The position numbers and the translations under genes were made by a program. A stretch of DNA of 64,000 bases from Callorhinchus milii (taxonomy: Eukaryota), in contig NW_024704742.1 in NCBI RefSeq assembly GCF_018977255.1, positions 137,332,001 to 137,396,000 of the forward strand, written 5' to 3'. Below, piece by piece: positions 38,001-45,141 of the stretch (positions within the stretch are counted from its first letter, which is position 1; every line of letters begins with the position of its first letter). Under the pieces are notes generated by a model that worked only from the letters and a program-made list of their open reading frames with translations, was not told the origin of the DNA and did not search any database.

Positions 38001-41000
38001 TGGTAAAGAGTATCCACAGCAAACTGAGAGACGCGGGTACATCACCGACTGGAAATGTCCCTGGGCCTGGAATAGAATATTCACTCCCTTGCTGGAGGGA
38101 CACTTTCTGCTCACCTAATTCTGGAGAGTATCAGGCACCGCGGTGTTGGCAAGAGCCAAGGCTTAGGGACCCCAGAGTGTGCGTTGCAGTAACTGCTGGT
38201 GTTACTCCAACACACACTCCAGCAAAAAAAAAACATTGGAGAGATTGACTGACAGAGAAAGCAGGAAAGGCAGAGAGACGGAGAGGGAGAGAAGAAGTGA
38301 GACGGGCAGAGTGCGGGACCGAGACAGCCAGAAAGAGAGTGAGATATAGACATGGTGCGCTACCACAGCGACAATCTGAGTCAACAACAACAGCAAATGT
38401 CATTTACACAGTACCTTTCACATCAGGAGGACGTTCCAAGGCGCTGGACAGTCAGGGATTTGGACCTGAGCTAGGTTTATGGGATCATTGGGGGTGGAGG
38501 GCAGGAGGGTAGAGGTAGGAGGGTGACCGCAGGCACGGTCGAAGCGGAGGGGCTTGAGACGGGCCTTGAAGGAGGCAAGAGAGGGGGCAAGGCAAAGGGA
38601 CTGTGGGATGGAGTTCCAGAGGGTGAGGACAGAGAAGCTGAAGGCCTGACCGTTGATGGTGGGGCGGGCTGTGTGGGGAATGTGGAGAAGGTTGGAGCCC
38701 GCTGAGTGGAGGGAGCGGACAGGTCAGTAGGGACTCCCCAGCTTCGGGTCAGTATTATACAGACTGTTCCATGTGATGAGCTGAAAACTGTACTGTTTGC
38801 ATATCGACATTAGGGCCCCTCACTCGCAGTTGATGTTCCTCTGCCCCTGTCTGTTCCTAGTTATCCCGTACCACATCACCATCACCACGAGCGTCCAACG
38901 AGAGGCCGGCACCATGAGCCGGGCTTTCATCATCATCATGGGTCCTCAGAGGATGCGCACGGCCAGGCTCTGGCTGGAACTGCCGCCCGGGAAGAAAGGA
39001 TTTGTTCCCGGGTCAGTGGAAAACTTCATGGTCAACGGACTGGATGTTGGGGAGATTAAGAAGATTGAGGTAGGACTGAGCGAAGGGGTAAGTTAGGGTC
39101 ACTTCAAAGGCTCACATTCAGGACCCTTGTCTTAACCTTCCAATCCCTTGACACTGGTACCCTTTCCTTATCTCTGCAAACTCACCTTGCCCCACTCTCC
39201 TGCCCACACTCTCTGCTCCAACTCAGGTCATGCACCTCAGACCCTTAGCTCAGTGGTTAGAGCAGTCACCTCGCAAGCAAGAAGACCCGGGTTTGATTCC
39301 CGGGCAGAGCGAAACCTTGGGCAAGTTTCCTTACTCCACACGCCTCTGTTTGCCGAGCAGTAAGTAGGAACCCGGTTATTAGTCAATTGGTAAATTGCTT
39401 TCCGGGGGATAATAATACCTCCAAAAAAAAAACATTTGGTCACTCAATCCTCGGCTGTTTGTGGGACGCTGTTGTGCACAATTGGCTGCTGCATTTCATC
39501 CACAAAATACAGTCAATTCACCTTACAGTATGTCCTGTGAAACGCTTTGAGATGTCTCAACAACGTGAGATAAGGCGCTATATCAAATGCAAGGACTATT
39601 TATACATTAAAACAACCCTTCAGAAACAATGGCAGATGTCACCGCTATGTTACCTGACGGAGGTCAGGTGAGATCTGGAAAAATTAATCTTTTCTCGTCT
39701 TTCCTGGGAATTTTCTTCGGTGACTCTGCTCCTGTTTCTCTCCGGACACAGTTGGGCCATGATGGAGCCACGCCAGAGAGCTGCTGGTTAGTGGACGAGC
39801 TGGAGGTCTCTGTGCCCACCAAAGGAGTCATGTACATGTTCCTCTGTAACTGCTGGCTGGCCAAGGATCGAGGGGACGGCCTGACCTCACGGATCTTCAG
39901 CATCCTGGACGCTGAGAACGTTAACATCGGGCAGAAGGTGGGTGTGAGCAGTGAGCCCTGGGTCACTCCAATAAAAATTGATCACTCGATTCACGACTTT
40001 TTGTGGGACACTACTGTGCGCAATTGGCTGCTGCGTTTCGCCCATAAAATACACAGTCACTACACTTTACAGTTTACTACCCTATGAAGTGAATGGGTCA
40101 GACCAAGCCTTGGCTTTAGATACACTGTGTTAGCAGAGAAAATCATGGAGAAAATCATCCCCCGGAACGGATGCGGCCCATGGACCAGTTGGACCACCCT
40201 GATCTCGGGAATGGTGCTTGGGAATGTTATTGGGAGTGGAATTCCTTGCTTGCCCGGTCAGGAGTCTGTGTGATGTCTGCCTGTGTGATTTTTCGGCAGG
40301 TTCTCTATGAAATGACGGTGGTCAATGGTGACATCCAGAACGCTGGCACCGACTCCAATATCTACATGACAGTGTTTGGAGCCAATGGGAGCACCGATGA
40401 GATGCTGCTGGATAAGAACGGGGACAGGTGGGTGGTCGGGGAGTCAGACCTGCCCACCGTTCCCTGACTCATTCCCTCTCCCATATATAGAGTCTCGTAG
40501 CGTATTGGTTAGAGCACTAGCCTCGCAAGCGAGAAGACCCGGCTTTGATTCCCGGGCGGGGCAAAACCTTAGGAAAGTTTCCTTACACCAGTGTTTTCCC
40601 AGCAGTATGTAAGAACCCGGTTGTTAGTCGATTGGGGGATCGCTTTCCGGGGGGTAATAATCCCTCAAAAAAAATTGGTCACTCAATCCGCGACTGTGGG
40701 TGGGACACTGCCGTGAACAATTGGCTGAAGGTGACACCTCCAGCAGTGCATCGCTCCCCCAGCTCCGCCTGTGGTGGGCTCAACGTCTCAGAGTAAACCC
40801 ACAATCTTCTGAGATTGTGACTGAGCCAGCCGGACATCAAGAGGGTCATATAGACGGCCATTCACTTTACAGTATATTCAGTGAGACGCTTTGAGACGTC
40901 TCAATGATGTGATAAGGCATTAGATCAAATGCAAGGATTATTATTGTTGTTATTATTCATCTGGCCGTCTATATGACCCTCTTGATGTCCGGCTGGCTCA

Positions 41001-44000
41001 GTCACAATCTCAGAAGATTGTGGGTTTACTCTGAGACGTTGAGCCCACCACAGGCGGAGCTGGGGGAGCGATGCACTGTTGGAGGTGTCACCTTCAGATG
41101 AGATGTCAAACCGATGCCTCGTCTGCCTGTTCAGGTGGATATTAAAGATTCCGCGAGGCTCTTGGAGAATAGTGTCCCAGCCAGCAATTCCCCCCCAGAT
41201 TCCTTTTATTCCTGATGAAATTGGTCATTTCACCCACAAAATATACAGTCAATTCATTTTACTATATATCCTGTGAACTGCATTGAGACATCTCGACGAC
41301 GGGATAAGGTGCTACATCAAATGCAAGGATTATTATTATGCTTGTTTGTGGGATGTGCTGCCAGTTTGCTTACAAATATACAGTCACCATACTTTACATT
41401 GACTCCTGTGAAGCGCTTTGAGATACGTTGTGTGTTATTATTATTATTAATGATAATGTCCATCATGGTGAAGGTTCGAGAGGGGTCAGGAAGATGTCTT
41501 TGTCATAGAGATAGAGGATATCGCTCCACTGAGGAAGATCAGAATCCGCACGGAGACCAAGGGGAATCGGCCGGACTGGTTCCTGGACAAGGTGAGCTTT
41601 GGCTTCACACGTTCGGCTGAAGAGAATGTGGGAGGAGAGGGGAAGAGATGGAGAGGTGGAAGGAAACTTTCCTTTTATTATGAATTAATGATGAAATAAT
41701 GTGCTCACAAATTGGATGTTAAATAATTGTTTCCTGTAATATAGTTCCACCGTCAATGATTATACACAGAGCCCATTCCATAGCAGTTAGAGCAATCGCC
41801 TCACAAGCCAGAGGGATTGGGTTTGATTCCCAGACAGGGCGAAACCTTAGGCAAGTTTCCTTGCTCCACACGCCTCTGTTTACAGCACTAAGTAGGAACC
41901 TGGTTGTTAGTCAATTGGCAGATTATTTTCCGGGGGTAATAAGCCCTTTTTTAAAAAAAATGTGGCCACTTTATCCTAACAGTTTGTGGGACGCTGCTGT
42001 CCGCGATTTGGCTGCCGGGTTTCACCCACAAAATATACAGTCAATTCACTTTATAGTATATTTTGTGAGGCGTCTTGCTGATGTGATAAGACACCGCCAG
42101 GCGTCCACGTAATGGATGCCAACTAAAATATTTTCTTCCGTGTTCTCTCCACTTCTCCTTATCAGGCAGTATATTTCTGGTTAACAAAGTCAAGCCCACT
42201 GTGTTTTTTTTTTGCAGGGATATAGGGGAGATGTTTTAGAGACAAAGATGTCTCACAGTACTCCTCCAATCATTGTCTCTGACACTCCCTCCGAAAACAC
42301 CATAGCTCGTGCTGTTCTCCCCTCCTTCAAAACCTTCTCCGCTGAAAAAAAATTGTCCTTGCACCTCCCTACCCTCTGTAACCTGTTAACTCCATACCTA
42401 CCGGCCCACTGCCTCCATTCAGTGGACTCTGGCCTGCTTCAAGTCCCCCCGCTCAGCCCGCCCCACCATCGGCGGTTGGGCCTTCAACCTCTCTGCCCCA
42501 CTCTATGGGAAATCCATCCCACAGTCCCTTCGCCTCGCCCTCCCTTGCCTCCTTCAAGGCAAGTCTCAAGACCCTCCTCTTCAATGATGCCTTCCATTAC
42601 CATTGAAGAGGAGGGTCTTGAGAAAACCCTGATTGTCCAGTGCCTTGCGATGTCCTTCCAACATGAAAGGTGCTGTACAATTATTGTTTGTTGTCGTTGT
42701 TGAGATGCTGTTGATCTTAGAGCTGCTGTATCAAATGTGAGTATTATTGTTAATATTATTGATATTGTTATTAATATATAAATGTAATCTGTTGTTGTGG
42801 TGGTGGTGCGGGATGGTGGATTGTTATGGGGAATGGGCACTGGCTGCTGTGGTGGCCAGTCACTATACACTGGGTGGGGATGCCCAGCTGATGGTCTCTC
42901 CACTGGTGGCTTTAGATAATCCTGAGGAACCTGTCCACGGAGGATGTGAGCACTTTCACTAACAACGAGTGGTTGTCAAGGACCCGCGGCTCCAAACCCA
43001 CCACCGTCTGTGAGATGGGGGCCGTCATCGAGGGGGAGGAGACCGTGGAGAAGACCACCTATTCCTTCAGCGTGAAAACCAGCGACGTCTCAGGTCAGAC
43101 CCTGGCCCGGCCACGTGGGCACAACCAGGACAATGAAAGAACTCTGTTCCCTGTAATTCGTGGAACTCTGTAGCTCAGTGGTTAGAGTGCTCGCCTCGCA
43201 AGCGAGAGGACCCGGGTTTGACTCCTGGCAGGGCGAAACCTTGCGCAAGTTACCTTACGCCACACGACTCTGGTTACTTTGTAGTAAGTAGGAACCCAGT
43301 TGTCAGTCAATTGGCGGATCGCTTTCCGGGGGTAAAAATACCTAAAAAAAAAGGCACTCAATCACTTTTGTGCGATAATATTCTGCGCAATTGGCTGCTG
43401 TGTTTCGCCTACAAAATACAGACCATTCACTTTACAGTATATTATGTGAAGCGTCTTGAGACGTCTCAACGACGTGATAAAGCAACAACAACAACAAGAT
43501 TCCATTTATAAAGTGCCTTTCACGTCAGGAGGACGTCCCAAAGCGCTGCACAGTTGGGTCATGACCCGAGCAGGGGGGAAATGGTCAGGGTGAGGGGAGG
43601 GAAGGGAGGGAGCGAGGAGGGGGGAAATGGTCAGGGTGAGGGGAGGGAAGGGAGGGAGCGAGGAGGGGGTTGAGAGTCGAGAGGGGAGCTGAAGGCTCGG
43701 TCAAAGAGAAAGGTTTTGAGACCGGCCTTGAAGGAGGAGAGGGAGGAAGCGGCGAAGGCACTGGGGATAGAGTTCCAGAGCCTCGGGGCTGAGAGGCTGA
43801 AAGCCCGACCACCGATGGTAGGGCGGTTGGGGCGGGGGACGTGGAGCAGACCGGAGCCGGAGGAATGGAGGGTACGGGCAGGTAGGTAGGGGGATAGTAG
43901 GTTGGAGAGGTAGGAGGGAGCAAGGCCGTGAATGGCCTTGTAGGTGAGGATGAGGATCTTGAAATCAATCCTCTGGGGGATGGGGAGCCAGTGGAGGCGA

Positions 44001-45101
44001 GCGAGGGTGGGAGTGATGTGGTCCCGAAGCCTGGTGCGGGACAGTACTATGTCAAATGCAAGGATTATTATTATTCCCTGTAATCATTCCCCATAACCTT
44101 TGAGGATCTGCAGTGTTCCAGGGCACCGCTGATGACAGACCAGCCTGGTTCATTGACAGGACCTGAAAGGTCCTCCATCCCCCTCCCCCAGTAACTGGGG
44201 GTGAGAATCCTCCCACTCAGCTCCTGTTAACCCTGCAAGCCAAAGCCTTAATGGGTAGGTAGGTTGTTCTCAGCTGAACAAGCAGCAGGAAAGCTCGCCA
44301 GACAGTGCTCTCGATGGCAAGCAATGTAGTTTTAGCTGTTCGACTCCAGCAGTCACCCCAACACCCGCCACAAGCCTTGGCACTCGCCACCTACATCTGA
44401 TACGTTCCAGAGGTCGGTAAGCAGGACGTGTCCTCCAGGGAGAGAGTGCGTATTCCATTCCAAGGTCACGGAAGTAGTGTTTGTGCAGATTACTTTTGAA
44501 TTTACCCTCCCTCAATCGCAGGCTGTGTACTCTGTTTCCACTGTTCTGGACCAGATGAAGCAGCTTGTCACATTATCTAGTCCGATGAAGTTTCCCAGAA
44601 GAGAGATTTTTTTTTGCTCAGCCGGGTGTCTGGCACACGCGGAAACCCATCACCGTTGCTTAAGAGTCTCCAAACCAAACTGAGAATTCCCCGCCTCCCA
44701 CCTACACATGGAAATCCCAGAGAAAGATTGTTGGAATGGAATGCGCTCTCTCTCTCTTCCTCTCTCTCTCTCCCTGGAGGGATGCATCCTGCTTACCTAA
44801 TTCCAGAGAGTATTAGGCACAGGTTGACAAGGTTTGGGGACCCCAGAGCGTGCGTTGGGGTGACTGTCGGAGTCTAAGCAGCTAAAACTGCATCGCTTGC
44901 CATTGAGAGCACTGTCTGGCACGCTTTCCCGCTGCTTGTCCAGCTTGGACCACCCTACCTGTTAGGGCTTTGGCTTGTGAGCATTAACAGGAGCTGAGTG
45001 GGAGGATTTCCTGCCCTCAGTTGGGAATGGCTCCATTGTGAATAAGTGTATATGTGGATTCTGGGTGGCAGCGGGATGGAGGGGGCAAGGGGAGGGAGAT
45101 G

Positions 45102-45141
<40 letters not shown>

